A stretch of 61,913 bases of DNA, filler included, from Streblomastix strix (lineage: Eukaryota), in NCBI GenBank assembly GCA_008636045.1. It is 4 parts of 4 records of this genome, joined end to end, with 100 filler letters (N's around TTAATTAATTAA, not from the genome) between each part and the next. Parts side by side here need not be neighbours in the genome. Positions count along the whole stretch, not along the records: positions 31,010 to 46,412 come from SNRW01000992.1; positions 46,513 to 61,913 come from SNRW01000993.1; 2 more parts are not named here. One strand, given 5' to 3'. The translations under genes were made by a program, and so were the position numbers. The stretch's first letter is position 1. Each line of letters starts with the position of its first letter. The notes under the pieces were generated by a model that did no database searches, was not told the origin of the DNA, and saw only the letters and a list, made by a program, of their open reading frames with translations. Positions 41,996-55,683 of this stretch are shown piece after piece.

Positions 41996-42385
41996 AATTA
42001 TTTGAGATAATAGAAGTCTAGTTTGAATTTGAATTCATACAGTTAAGGGTTTGATTCTATTATTGAGGTGGTGTTGCATTTATATTATCTGAGATAATTG
42101 ATGTTGAGATAGAACTAGAATTAAATGAATTACTGATTTGATTCTGTTGATGTGGTGGAATTGCATTTAGATTATTTGAAATACTAGTAGTCCAGTTTGA
42201 ATTTGAATTCATACAGTTAAGGATTTGATTCTATTAATGAGTTGGAGTTACATTTAGATTATTTGAGATAATAGAAGTCTAGTTAGAATTTGAATTCATA
42301 CAGTTAAGGGCTTGATTATGTTAATGAGTTGGAATTGCATTTTGATTATTTGAGATAATAGAAGTCTAGTTTGAATTTGAATTAG
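41996..42385 (-). repeat. 87-bp (29-codon) coding tandem repeat, ~4.5 copies
   Basis: Minus strand reads NQTSIISNNQNAIPTHQHNQALNCMNSNS-like units; recurring TTGAATTTGAATTCATACAGTTAAGG; no spacers. Confidence 0.8.
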
Positions 42386-42939
42386 ATCTTCGGTAAATAA
42401 CACCAGATTGTCATTCTGTTTTACCTCATATTAAATTATAACTATTATTGTCTTAAGAAATAAATATAAATAATAATATATATTTCAAACAATAATTATA
42501 AATAGTAAGACAAACATGACATTTTTTCATAGACAATATTTCATCTCTAATATTATAATTTCATCGTTCAATGATAACTCTTTCTTCTGTGTTGTGGGTG
42601 AATGTAACAACACTTTCTAATAGAATCTTCAATGAAACTCGAATTTATTTCTCTTATTTGTCTTTCAAGAAGAGTATCTCTATGTATTGAGTTCATTGCT
42701 CTCAAAATGCCAGTGTTATCTTTATTTTATTCAATTTATACGTTTTCTTCAATTTTTTCTAATTTAACAGATTCATTACGAGCAATTATTTACATTTCTT
42801 TAGGAATGAGACTATAATGAACAGAATCAAGTTGATCTTTCTCATCTTCATATCTCTTTAAAAAATCTTCAACATCATTTCCTGCTGTTTATGTAGAAGA
42901 AGAGCTTTCAGATCCAACTGCCTTCACTTTCTAATTGAA

Positions 42940-43700
42940 AAGATAAGTGCATTATTCCAAAAAAACCTCATCGCATTGTACCATAGAATTAACACTCTAC
43001 GAATATTCTCTTATACTCCTTCTTCTTTGAATGCCAAATTATCAGCATGAACAGCTGGCGATGATATTAAATAAAGTCTGAATGCATCAGCGCCATGACG
43101 ATTGACAATATCAGCAGGATCTGGGTAATTCTTCAGCCGCTTTGGCATTTTTTCGCTATTAGTTGCAAAAACTTCTCCATTGACAATTGGGTTCTTGAAT
43201 GGTACCATTCCAAATATTGTTGTTGGCACAATCAATAATGTATAGAACCAACCGTGCGTCTAATCAATTCTTTCGTCAATAAACTCGGCTGGAAATCAAT
43301 TTGCAAATACATCTTTATTCTCAAAAGTATAATGCAGTTATCCAAATGGCATGGATACACTTTCAAACCAGCAATCAAATATTGCTTTAATTAGATGAAA
43401 CTTCTTCCATGCTTCCTTTTAATATTTAATCTCCATATCATCAACTGCATCCCTATGAAAATCAGTGATTCTTTTAACACAAGTAAGTTCTTCCAATTCA
43501 GCAATGCTTCTAACGCAAATATGATAAACATGTAAGCTATTTATATTTTCTTCTTTAACTTCTATTTCTCTTTCCCAGAATGGTAATGGAGTTCCCCAGA
43601 ATCGATTCCTTGAGATAGTCCAGTCTTTTGCATCTTTTACCCATACTCCAAATCGCGAGTTCTTGAATTTGATTGGAACCCAGAATATAGGTACAGTTGG
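42940..43700 (-). pseudogene. IARS1: Isoleucyl-tRNA synthetase (eukaryotic cytosolic type) internal fragment, degenerate
   Basis: DWTISRNRFWGTPLPFW, FDCWFESVSMPFG, FPAEFIDERIDQTHGWFYTL, KMPKRLKNYPDP (KMSKS equivalent), HGADAFRLYLISSPAVHADNLAFKEEGV, WYNAMRFF. In-frame TGA at 43296-43298; no HIGH region or C-terminus. Confidence 0.92.
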
Positions 43701-45249
43701 CTTCAAAGTTAGAAAGTGGAGAGGTACAAATAGTTAAATTAAGCAAAACTTTCACTCCTAAATATTTAAATTACAATAAATACAACTATTTGAATGCATA
43801 TTACATACTTTTCATTTATAATAAATTCAGTATCTTAATGTAGCTTCTATCAAATTTTGAAACTTAATAATATCTATCCATTACTAAAGGCACTTTATTG
43901 CAATAGACCAGTATTTTTTCAATATATTATTTGATTGTAACTTTTCTTTCAGCATCTGTTGGTTTCTTCAACCATTACTTTTTTACTACATCTTATTCAA
44001 CATAAATAATATGATAATAATATCCGAATAGTTGAATATAATAAACCTTAATATGCATCAATATATAGTAGCAACATCTTTGACTATCTATATTAAAAAT
44101 GTATGTAATGTAGAAATCCCTAAGTTCATGAAGAAATTTATAGACAGATAGGTTGAAAATAGAAAAAAAAGGTTAAATATAGTATGTATACCTTCATTAA
44201 ACAAACATTATTACGTTCCTTCAATATTTTTAAGCATACATAATAATAAATTAATTTTTATAAATCAGCTAAGGTTTCATGCTAAATAGTAGTTATATCC
44301 ATATTTTTATTAGTTTATATCTATTAAATATAATCAAATGAAAAATTTTTAAAAAAATATATAAATAAATCGATAGAAAATGAATTAAAATGAAAAAAAA
44401 ATTGTTTATTTTCAGATTTTCTAATTTATTTGGAATATTCTGAAATATTTTGTCATGATATTATGAAATAATATATTGATTAAAGGATTGTTATAATAAA
44501 TTAATGATAAAATCATTCAAATTTGAATAAATATAACTCAATATTTTGTGCTTTTTCAAATTATTTCAAATATAACATTTATTTAAGATTTTATATTGAA
44601 TATTTCAATAAATTGTAATAAATTTGTGTAAAATAAATTAAGTAATTATATAAAACTGGATAATTGCTTTAGTGAAACGTAATAAAACTAGAGTTTATCT
44701 ATTCTTCGCAAATTGAGTATAATTTAATAAATTTTGTATAATTCTTAAGAAAATTTGACAATTTGTTTATGTTTAAATAGTTTGATTAAATTTCTATATA
44801 TTAAATGGGTCCAAATTTGGACATTTATTTTTGCCCACTTTTTTATCTCATATCTCAAACTAGAAACAACATAAATGTATTTACCTATTTGAAATTGATA
44901 TGTTAGACTTATTTTTATACACTGTTACAATGACAAAAATTCGATAACCCCATAAAGATTAAATTGCAAAAAACTGCTTGGAAAAGTTAAGGGGCCCAAA
45001 AAAACGACCAATTTTAAACTATTTTTGCCAGCAAATTTCCTTGTTGAATGTTGATACTATAATTATTTTAATAGTTTTGAGGGTCTATGTGCGGGTTTTT
45101 GCGCGGGTGCGGGTTTTTTCTCGCACCTTAAGGATGTGTGCCAAATCAAAATTAAATATTTTAAACTGCTCTAATTTTCATTTATTATATTTATTTCTTC
45201 CTAATTAATTAAATATAATATTTTAAATTTTTTATTTTTTACAAACGAT

Positions 45250-46412
45250 TAACATTCAAATAATAATCGAAAATATTCATAAACAACAGCTTCATAAAGA
45301 AAAGGCTCAATAACGGGTATTGAATCAATAGAAGATATATAATAAATAAGAAAATAAGTAAAACTAAAAAAATATACTGCGATAAAAGCCAAATACAAAT
45401 CAAATTCATTCTTCTGTTTAATAATTCCCTAAATTTTGAGAGAAATAAATCTAAAGAATTATAATAGATAACATCAATTTAATATTTACTATCATAATTG
45501 GAATTGCAAACGTAGAACAAAAATCTATTTTTATTTGTAATTCAATAGGATTATTCAAATCATGATATTTAATTTCAGTTTTCAAATGAAAAGATTTCCA
45601 AATAATTTGAATTAAAGTTGAATAAAGAATAATAACAATTTTTTGTACCGGTTCATCAACCAATGCAACTCGAGAATGATCATAACGCAAATTCAAACAC
45701 TAAAATAAGTATATCTGCAGAACGTAATTCGATAAAATCAGGAAATTTTGATTCGTTGTCATAATTATAGATTAACGATTCTTAATTCGCGCAATCTGAG
45801 ATCAACCAAACATTGATCCAACATTCAATTGCACCTCCATGATCAGCCTCAACATTTGCAAAACAGATTGTTCAAACTCCACTTCCAGTTTATCGAGATG
45901 CGTCAGTTGTTGAAGCATAAAAACATCTGAAATCATCGAATGAAGAAGATTTCAAGTATTCACACTTATAATTTATCACCAAAAGACTAGTATATGCACC
46001 TATATGGATCGCTTTTAGTGAAGATCCTGGTATTGATAGCACACTTTCATTCATTGGAAAACTCTCACTGCTTCGACAGTACTTTGAATCCAAAAGACCA
46101 CCAGAACCGATTGTTTGGTAACAGAGACCTCGAATGAAGTGCAAAGTTCGAAGGAAACACATCTTAGAAGATTCATTCAGCGCATTCATGAAGACAGATC
46201 CAGAGAAGTTGAATCTGAGATTGAATGTTCTATTCCATGGTGAAGATGCAGTTGATTATGGTGGTATATCCAGAGAATGGTTCACTTTGATCCTTCCTGA
46301 GATCACAAATCCGAATTATGCACTTTTCAAAGGAGGAGGAGATGTTGATAAGTATATATATCACATCAATTCATTATCATATGTGAATCAGGATCATCTT
46401 CAATATTTCAGG
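45250..46412 (+). CDS. HECT-domain E3 ubiquitin ligase (NEDD4-like HECT N-lobe); truncated by contig end, 5' limit uncertain
   Basis: KVRRKHILEDSFSAFMKTDPEKLNLRLNVLFHGEDAVDYGGISREWFTLILPEITNPNYALF...INSLSYVNQDHLQYFR. Confidence 0.85.
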
Positions 46413-46512
46413 NNNNNNNNNNNNNNNNNNNNNNNNNNNNNNNNNNNNNNNNNNNNTTAATTAATTAANNNNNNNNNNNNNNNNNNNNNNNNNNNNNNNN
46501 NNNNNNNNNNNN
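46413..46512. other. Artificial contig-join linker
   Basis: N44-TTAATTAATTAA-N44. Confidence 0.98.
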
Positions 46513-48130
46513 GATGTGAAATATGGATGTTCAAGTGCTTGTTATGCTGAAATTCTTTTGATTGGATCAAATTCTAACATTTTTGAAAGAATATCCCAAA
46601 GAATATCATCTTTTATTTCTTATGGTCTTTCAATACTTTGAATTTAAGTCATCTTCCTATAAATATTAATTAAAAAAATAATATTATTTAAAATAAAAAT
46701 GATTCAGATAATTCAAACTATTATTAAAGTTAAAATGTTGGTTAATTCACAGGATATTTATGAACAATAATTATGTAGAATGTTATTCCAAGAGCATAAA
46801 TATCGACTTTTTGTGTTATTAATGCAGATTCATGGAAATTCTCTGGTGACTAATAAAATAAAGTAAAAAGTAGAAAATTTGAATAAAAATTTTTAATTTT
46901 TAATATAATTTATTAAAATAATCAAACCATAAAAGGAAGTGTTCTGATAATTTAATAAATAAAAAATAATAAAATAAAGAAAAGAAATTTTATATTCAAA
47001 CCCTGCGAAATATGTTTATTCGTGTTAAGAATCTTCTTTCTTTGCAAAACCAAAATCTGAAATTTTAGCATAAACAAGTCTAGTTCCAGGTGGACAGTGC
47101 AGAAGGATGTTATCACATTTAATATCTCTAAATTATAATTTCAAAATAAAAGTCGTTTAAAATAAAATTAAATTATTAATACCTATGAACAAGTCCAGTT
47201 TTATGTAAAACACGCATTCCTTCAACTATAGGGAAAACTAAATAAAAATAAAAAAATAAATTATGTTTATATACGAATTTATTTCATCAAGGCCCTCAAA
47301 ATACAACTTGGTAGAGTAATTTATGGCTATTTTGCAAATAAGTTCAATGTCTATAAATAAATGAAATAAAATAAAATTTATTTGAAATAATTAATCAAGC
47401 AAACATTAATATTTGAATATTCTTCAATTAAAATTTGATATAATTTATTGGGTTTTTATTAGAAATGATCCATGAAGAAGGGGCAATCTTGAGCTTCTCT
47501 AGAAATCAAAATGATAATAAGTAAAAGAATTATAATATTAAAATAAGAAAATCATACCTGTGAATAATTTCAGCAGCTTCCAATTCTCTGATATCAAATT
47601 TGTCCTTCTAAATAATTTTAACTGCAACAATTCCATATTCTTGATCATACGCTTCATAGACACTGAATTAAATCATAAATGTAATAAAGAATGAAATATG
47701 AATAAATAAAGACAGTAGAAAACATTCCAAAAGCTCCACGTCCTGAAAATAAATAAAAATTCGATAAAATAAAAAAATATCATAATAAAAGGAAAATACC
47801 AAGAGGACGAATTGGCTATTTGTCAAATGTAAGATATTTAATTAAATAAGAAAATAATAAATATGATAAGTTGATAAATAGAATTAAATTCAAACCACAA
47901 ATTCTTATTAACGAAGAATCTCTTCATAATCAACATAAGATTACTATTTTAAAAATAATAATTAAAAACAATTATTTTTGAATAAAAATACATTTTTTAC
48001 ATACTTGTGATATGACAGACAAAGTATCATCCTAACTGTCAACAGATTTTTATTTTGATGATTTTTACTCAATTTATTGGTGATCTTCAGGAAATTATTA
48101 TATGTCTTGCTTTTATTCTTCGTTTTTCAT
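46513..48130 (-). CDS. Ser/Thr kinase, same expanded family; 3' end cut by contig edge, possible frameshift near 47450
   Basis: [105 protein letters not shown]. Confidence 0.8.
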
Positions 48131-48538
48131 GATATCTTTTTATAATATAAAATGAGAAAAAGAATGTCAAAATAATTAATTAAAACTTTAAAGTAAATAA
48201 ATACATATTATAACTCAAATTTAATAAATTAAAATTTTAAGAATAGCGAATTTATTTGAATTTTTAAAAAAAAAATTCGGTGGTAATTTTAGCAAAGTTA
48301 ACCGGTTAAAATTTTATATTAATTAAAAATTAGAAATAAAATTATGAAGAAAAATTGAAAATATATTAAATTAAAAAATATATTGCATTATTTGAAAGAT
48401 ATTCGATTATTTTAATTTTTTTTTTTAGTATAAGAGAATCTATAAATCATATATGATGTAAATTTTATTAAATAATGCAAGTTTATGTATAAAATTAATC
48501 ATTAGAAAATTAATGAAGGTCACGAAACGCAAAATTTA

Positions 48539-49470
48539 CAGTCAGTTTCGGTTTTTCGTAAATCGTAAACAATTTTTATAGTTTTTGAATTTATATACCT
48601 TTAAGTTTCGTATACAATGAAAAATTGGTCATCAATAAAAAAATTGTGTGAGTAAATATATAAATACTTTAGATATTTTATTAAAACAATATATATAAGT
48701 TTCTATAACTTAGGACACACGATTTTAAGCGAAAAAAAAAAATGAAAAAATAAATTAAGTTTAAAAAAAATGTAAAATAAAATTGTGTAAATATACAGTT
48801 ATAGTAAATAATTAAAACAGCTTAAGAATAAAATATAAACAATATGAGTTGGCTATGTCGTGAGAAATGCAAGAATTAACATATAAGCTCTTCAAGACGA
48901 TCGGCGAGTGAGTAATTCTGTAATATTTTATAAATATAATATGATAAATTTACTATAAAATATTTTAATCTTATTTAGAGCAAATCGTTTTGCTCAATTT
49001 GAGTGTTTGAGAAGCAGAATTAAACTTTCAATAAGCTCGTATATACTCAAATCGTTATAATTTTGAAAAATTATTATTAAAATTGATGAATTAAATATAA
49101 ACTCATATACCTGCAGAATTTGCTCAAATTTCATAGAATGATTCTCAAGAATTTCATACATTGAGATTTCAAAAAAATCTCTCTGCTGTTTTCCAGATAC
49201 CTATAATTATTATATGATTATATTAATAAAAATTAGATAAAAAATATTGAGATATGCAATAATAAATAAATGGATACAAACATATTAAAGTATATTAGTG
49301 CAAACAACGTGAATTTCAATTTTGCACTTTTCTACTTATACTAGCAGGTTTTATGAAATAGCTGTCTAAAAAAGAAGTTATTAATCAAATGAAGTGTTTA
49401 TTCTTGAAATTTTATCATTAGAAATGGAATTTATTCCAAATCAAGATTAAAAATTATTTTGAATATCATA
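48539..49470. mobile_element. Diverged copy of the 955-bp Tc1/mariner-type element; left TIR present, right TIR missing
   Basis: TA|CAGTCAGTTTCGGTTTTTCGTAAATCGTAAAC...TTTTTATAGTTTTTG, then collinear similarity with 52545-53460. Confidence 0.75.
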
Positions 49471-49479
49471 ATACATAGA

Positions 49480-52440
49480 GATACAATTTTAATTAATATA
49501 TTAACAAAAGAAAATTTTTTTAAATAATCAAAACATTATTTCTTCAAAAAAATAGTAAATTTAGTAAAAGATTCAGAAATTGAGGGACAAATTAGAGAAA
49601 AATCTAATACTATTTTCAATTAATGCAGCTAATGTGATTAAGTGCATATGGAAAAGAAATAAACTCCAATAATCATTAGATTAAATAATCATCAATTGTA
49701 GATATTGGGTTTAAAGAGAAAAACCAATTAGAGATCTCAAATATTTTGAAGTAAAATTAATTGCTAAAGAAATTAACATAAAGGTTATAAAACAAAATGA
49801 CGCGAATTGTAAATTGAATATGAATCGATTTAGTGAACCAAATGTTTCAAAGTAAGAATTAGTAAATAAAAAATGAACGTAAGTGTAGAAGGCATTCGAT
49901 ATATAAAAACTTTAAAACTTGATAGATATTAATATAATATTTTCTCAAAAACGTAAGAGACAATAATATATTAATTAAATAAATTTAGAAAATAAATCCG
50001 ATCTTTAACTATAGTCCACAGATACATATAATAAAAAAAACATTTCTGATAACAGTTTAATCATTTCCATGAATTTGTCTTGCTGCAGAAAGAAAAAATC
50101 GACTAGGTATATTAGCTAAAGAATGTTAAACGATTCTGATTATCAATTGATTTTGGATCTACCTGGTTGATGAAATATTTAGTAAATAAACATCAATAGT
50201 CATTAGATGAGTTTCACTAATCTTTCATCAGATCTAGAGTTGATTTTAGTTACAAAAACATACCTGATATTAATATTCGAGATAGAAAAAGTAACTATTT
50301 ATTCAAAAATTAAGCAATTGAGTTAATGTCGGATTATTTAGACTGCCTTTATGAGGATTCTTCAATAGTAAAATTTGTTCTTTATTTATTTATAGCTGTT
50401 CTTTATAGATTGTTATTTGTTAACAAATTATAATAAATGAAAATATGATTTAATTCTATGATGTTAAAAATAATTCTATCACTAAGACATTTAATTTATT
50501 ATAATTTTAATTAAAGTTTTAAATAATTTGGTGTTATTTAAATAAAAGCGAAAAAACATGGTTGATTAAACATCTCTTAATAAGAATATGGTAAAACTGA
50601 TTCTTCAAATTTTACTACTAATAAATATATTGATTGTATCAAAAATAATGATGTTTATGAATCATACAATCCATATCTTAACAAATTTACATATGTATAT
50701 AAATATACTCTAGACAGAATTGATAAATCAATTGACGATACAAAAAGTAACTGTTGAATGGCTGATTAAATATGTAATTATGTGAAGCTGATAAAATCTT
50801 GAAATAAGATATTTATAAATATAACTATTGAAATAAGTTTTCCTTGAACGTTTATCTATGGATATAAATAGAGAAGAAGTGTATCATTTGATAAAAAATT
50901 TATGTAAGGTAGATTTTCCAATGAATTTCAACAATCTGATTTAAATGATCTTTCACACATTAATAAACTTATATATATATTTATTTAACTAAAATTGTAA
51001 CATCTTATGATATTTAAAATTTAAATATTTATATTCTTAACTTAGATTTTTACCTTCTCTCTCCCTTTGTCTTAAGTGATATCTCCAATAAAAATAATGC
51101 ATATTTATATAATAGGATATTTAAATTTTTTTGATTAATTAATTACTTCAAATGTACATTTAATTACACAAAATTAAAGATTAGAGACATAATTTTAACT
51201 TTTGATAGAATCACTGATCAGGGCTAATAATTCTAAGTTAAAATTGAAAGACTTAATGATGAAAAATTTATTAATTCACACATTTATTTGGTATCAAAAT
51301 GAAGAAAATTATCATATATTAATTTATTAGAATTTATAAGAGAATTTATATTTAATAATTTGTGGAAATAAAGATTATCTTATGATAAATCAACTAGAAA
51401 ATGAACTTCATTCTCTTCAATTGGTATTCAATATATTTGCTTCACTAATTATATTATTAATTCATAATGGGAAATTATAACTTTTTTTAGATTAAATTGA
51501 TTCAATTGCTTTATTTGAAAAACATTTAAAATCCAAATCGTTTTCATGCACGAAGATGAAACAAAGTATCAATGATATGAAATCGTTATACTATAAATAG
51601 ATACTAAATAGTGCTTTCGGAAGAGAAGGATAAAACAATGCAAAATTTGATAAGATTTCTTTTAGTAATGCTCGACAAGCATCAATCAAGAAATTGAAAT
51701 AGGATCATAAAACATTTTGATTGATAAGTAATACAATCAACAATTCTGATAATGAAATTATTGATGAAGCATAATATATTATTAGTGGATCACCTAGATA
51801 ATTTAAATATTATAAGCCACTTCAAGAAGTAGTATTCATATTAGACAATAGTAAGTTTTAAATTCAAAATTTTTAAATTTATTTTTATTTTAATGAATTG
51901 ATATGGATAGAGTTACATTTTATAAAATACTAACCAATACAATGTATTTAGCGTTTGAAGGATCAAAAATTCAAGAACATAAATAAGAATTGTAATATAT
52001 ATTAAATATCAAATAATTCTAAGACTAATATAACAAAGAATGGACGTCTTGGAGTGGTAGTATTGTTGTAGAAGAGAAGAAAATAATCAGTATCACAGCT
52101 GAGTCATAACATGAAAATTTAGTTTATCAATCGTCTAAATGTAATGGTCTGTATAATAAAAATGAATAATTTGATTAAATTTCTTTAGTAAATAGAATGA
52201 AAAGTATTAACGAAAAGAAAAAAAAATCTAATAATTTATGTCTATATTAAATGTTTGAATGATGAATATAATAACAATGCTACCAATAAAGTATAATAAT
52301 TGAAATGTGGTGTAATGTCAATGATTCATATGGGAAAATCCGCACTCACAGAAGTTGTTTATAAGAAGGTTTTATTATCTAATGGATGTTGTGTTCCGTT
52401 CAAGTATTGAATAATAGAATATTATTACTAAATTGAATGA
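49480..52440 (+). pseudogene. Polinton/Maverick-type protein-primed family B DNA polymerase relic
   Basis: YKQILNSAFGREGQNNAKFDKI (KxxLNSxYG, ~51592-51657), KPLQEVVFILDNSKF, IDMDRV...TNTMYLA (degenerate DTDSMYLA, ~51934-51954), C-terminal LSNGCCVPF. Many stops and frameshifts. Confidence 0.75.
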
Positions 52441-52544
52441 AACATATTATTATCTGAAAGTTGGCAACAATGTTGCAATTTTTAATGATTGACGCGTATA
52501 CTTGTATCATAAACAATTATTTAAAACTATATATATTACTTGTA

Positions 52545-53499
52545 CAGCCAGTTTCGATTTTTCGTAAATCGTAAACGATTTTTATAGTTTTTGGTTTCAT
52601 ATACCCAGTACGTTTGGATAAATTAGGAAATTAGTCAACAATAAAATAATCAAAAAGATAAATGTACAAATATTTTAGAAAATTTATTAAACCAACAAAT
52701 AAAAGATTATACTGTCAAGAACAAGCGATTTTCTGCAGAAAAAAAATATAAAAAAATGGAGTTCAAAATGTATTAAAAATAAGAATTTGTGAATATAAAC
52801 CTACAATAAATAATTAAAACTTCAAAAAACTCAAATATAAACAAATTGAGATGGCCGTGTCGCTGGCAATATGCAATTTAAAAGTCGCTATTTTTTCCCA
52901 ATCCCCGAGTTTATAATTCTGAAATGTTTTATAAATAATTTAAGTTAAATTAATCAATAAATTACAAAATACCGTTTGCAACAATTACTTTTTGCCAAAT
53001 GTAGAGTTTGGACGACCGATACAAATTTTGAAAAAGCATGTTTTTATCTAAATCTATATAAATATGAAAAAGAATAATTGGTTTCGGTAAATAAATAATT
53101 GCTTCGCATACATGAAAATTTGGAGCATAAATAGCGCTGTAGTTATCAAGAATTATGTTATTTTAAATTTTGCAAAAATCTTGAGTTGGATTTCGAAGTT
53201 TTTGTAAATTTAATGTAATTATTTTAATAAAAATATGATGTAAGTTATATAATTATACAATATTAAATCGAATATTGCAAACATTTCAATGAATTGAAGC
53301 GTTACCAACGTGTATATTTAGTTTGTGCATTTCAGCAAATTGTAGCTCACTATACTAAATTTGGTTAAAAAGAAGAAGAAAGTGATATGTTTAATTTGAA
53401 AATAAAATGAATTAATACAGGAATTATATTACCCCCGCTTAATTTGGATTTTGAAATGAACTAAATAGTTTACGATTTACGAAAAACAGAAACTGGCTG
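52545..53499. mobile_element. 955-bp non-autonomous Tc1/mariner(pogo)-type element
   Basis: TA|CAGCCAGTTTCGATTTTTCGTAAATCGTAAAC ... GTTTACGATTTACGAAAAACAGAAACTGGCTG|TA: ~32-bp TIRs, TA at 52543-52544 and 53500-53501. Confidence 0.88.
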
Positions 53500-53774
53500 T
53501 ACATAATATTGATGAATTTCGCAGATGAATTGCAAGAACCAAACGTGGAGATTAGTGATGCTGGTTGGTTTGCAAAATGAATGCACTTTGGCGCAATTTA
53601 AATATATTAATTTTTCAAAATAAATAGGACTTACGAAAAATTTGATGAAAATCGAATAAAGCTAAAAAATATATATATATATAAAATAAATATTTTTTAA
53701 TTTAATTCATTTTACATTAAATAAAAAAATAATAGAATTTATCAATTTTACTCGTTTTTTTAAAATTTAGAGGA

Positions 53775-53882
53775 TATATAATAATATACAACAACTTCGC
53801 CTTTATTGAGTGATTGCCATCAACTATTTGAAGTGATTCTTCTGGCCATTCCCCAAACTATGTTTACAATGGGGTGGCCATT
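53775..53882. repeat. DIRS inverted terminal repeat, left (3' end of element)
   Basis: Reverse complement of ~61342-61448, e.g. GTGATTGCCATCAACTATTTGAAGTGATTCTTCTGG and ATGTTTACAATGGGGTGGCCATT. Confidence 0.9.
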
Positions 53883-54513
53883 AAAAAAAACAAAAAAGAA
53901 AGGTAAAAAAAATTGATAATTCTGGACTCACAACAGGAGATCCAGCAGAAAAGTTAGAAGAAGTGTTGTTTAAAAATGTAAAGTGGGTGAGAAGAGAGCC
54001 AGCAAGAGAAACTCTCCATAAACAAATGATATGTAAGAGTAAAAAACAAAATAAATGACTACGTAATTAAGCATAGAAGTACTCGCATCGAACAAAAAGA
54101 TTAAAGTTAAATTAAAAAACGTTAATTAAACTAAACAATATAAATTATTAAAGTTAATGCTGGTTATAATGTTGAATAAAAATGATTAAATGTTAAATAA
54201 AATTGCCAAAAAAGTAAAAATATCTTTGCTTCTAGTTTCAATTCTATCAGCGAACTGCGTGAGCATATCCTCCCATGAATGATTGCTGGCATCTCATGTT
54301 CACTAGCTTATTAGATACCATTGTCAACAGTTCACTTACTTACTTGTCAATGTTGCGTGATGGCATTTCCTGGAGATTTAAAAGTGATGTAATAAAGAAA
54401 ATATATGATACATAAGTGCAGTGATTGATTCACAAACGCCACAAAGGGTTGGGACTAAAGTAAAAAACTATATGAATGCATTTATATAGAGTTTTAGACT
54501 GATGGGTGGAACC

Positions 54514-54618
54514 AAGGCGAAGTTGTAGTATATTATTATACATCCTCTAATTACCAATAGTCCCACTTTGGCAATTGAGGAATGTATATATCATATTCAA
54601 CAACTTCACCTTTATTGA
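54514..54618. repeat. DIRS internal complementary region (ICR)
   Basis: 54514-54550 is the reverse complement of the left terminus (~53767-53803). 54550-54618 (TTACCAATAGTCCCACTTTGGCAATTGAGGA...CACCTTTATTG) is the reverse complement of the right terminus (~61416-61483). The two halves are joined directly. Confidence 0.92.
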
Positions 54619-55683
54619 GTATTTGAAATTGGATTACATTCCACTTGGCCACGAGTATCAGATAGTTTCGTTGCTATTTCAATATCTTTTAATCTTTCTG
54701 CAAATACATAGTAATCATTTGTTGATTTCGAATTTCTTGCGTGTCCAGTGTATGCGTTTAATAACGTTTCGTCTAGACCCATTACTACCAGTTATGTTGC
54801 TGCTGAGTGTCTGAATGAATATACTTGTTTTCCTTTTATACCCATCAAGTCTAGTAATTTCTTTAATCTGAGTGAGATTTGGCCTCTTTTGGCTGGGATA
54901 GTTATGTCTTCAATCCACCATAGTGCTCCGTACTTATTATCTCTGATGGATCGACCATGTTTGTTATCAATTCTTTTCAGCCAATCAAAAAAATGTTGCT
55001 CTTTGACATACAGTTCGATCTCTAGTCTTTGGAAGTTTGTGTTAGTGAAGTCCAGACTTCGTTTTCGGTTGTAATCGTAAGTCTACCTTGTCAGTTTGTT
55101 CGCAAATTACTGAGTGTCTTAAAGATATTTCTTCGATTTCGGCTGGTCTCATTGAACAAATAGTCATATGGAGTGAAGTGAGTTTAGTCTATAGTTCAAT
55201 ATTTGTCAAATTTCGGTTCGATCCTTTTTCTCTCCAATAATCAAAGAGTATTCCCACGTTCCATGTGTCTTCGTATTTCGGTTTAACGATTATGTGTGCT
55301 GAAATTGCTCTTCTGGTAAATTGGAGCATGTGGTTATTCTTTAAATCTATGTTGAACGTGAGTGAGAGCATTGATGAGAGTCCATTAAGAAACTGAAGTG
55401 CTGAGCTCGCTGAAGTGTTTACTGAAGTGAATTAAGCTAGTACCTCTGTTATAATGATGTGTGGTTTCATTGTTAATAAATCAAGTATTGTGTATTGGTT
55501 GATTTGGGTCCATTTCTTGAGTTTTTCAATTGCGTAATAGTATCTCCTTTAAGTATTGTATCTTTATTCATATAAAATCATGTCTATTGCTTCTCTGGAT
55601 ACGTTTAGTATTCTCAAAATCATTCTCACAAATCTTCTTCCTTTCCTGGCCTTCGGTCCATCAGGAAACAACATATCTTCCAT
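54606..55683 (-). CDS. DIRS tyrosine recombinase; frame appears intact and continues upstream overlapping pol
   Basis: KPKYEDTWNVGILFDYW, SMRPAEI (R), QPKTK (K), VYSFRHSAAT (YxxR), AYTGHARNS (H), TNDYYV (Y). Stop TGA at 54606-54608. Start codon uncertain. Confidence 0.9.

Larger units (their letters stand above)
40763..45127. mobile_element. 4.37-kb non-autonomous TIR element (GG...CC termini at a TTAA-like site; Kolobok-like) loaded with host gene fragments
   Basis: GC-rich ~40-bp TIRs: GGTGCGAGAAAAAACCCGCTCCGCGCATAAACCCGCACAT (40763-40802) and ATGTGCGGGTTTTTGCGCGGGTGCGGGTTTTTTCTCGCACC (45087-45127). Right flank TTAA, left flank TTAAA. No transposase seen inside. Confidence 0.8.

Noticed and set aside
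41996..42385. Regular repeats as a possible CRISPR array
   Set aside because: Contiguous 87-bp units, a multiple of three, with no unique spacers and no cas genes; eukaryotic coding repeat.
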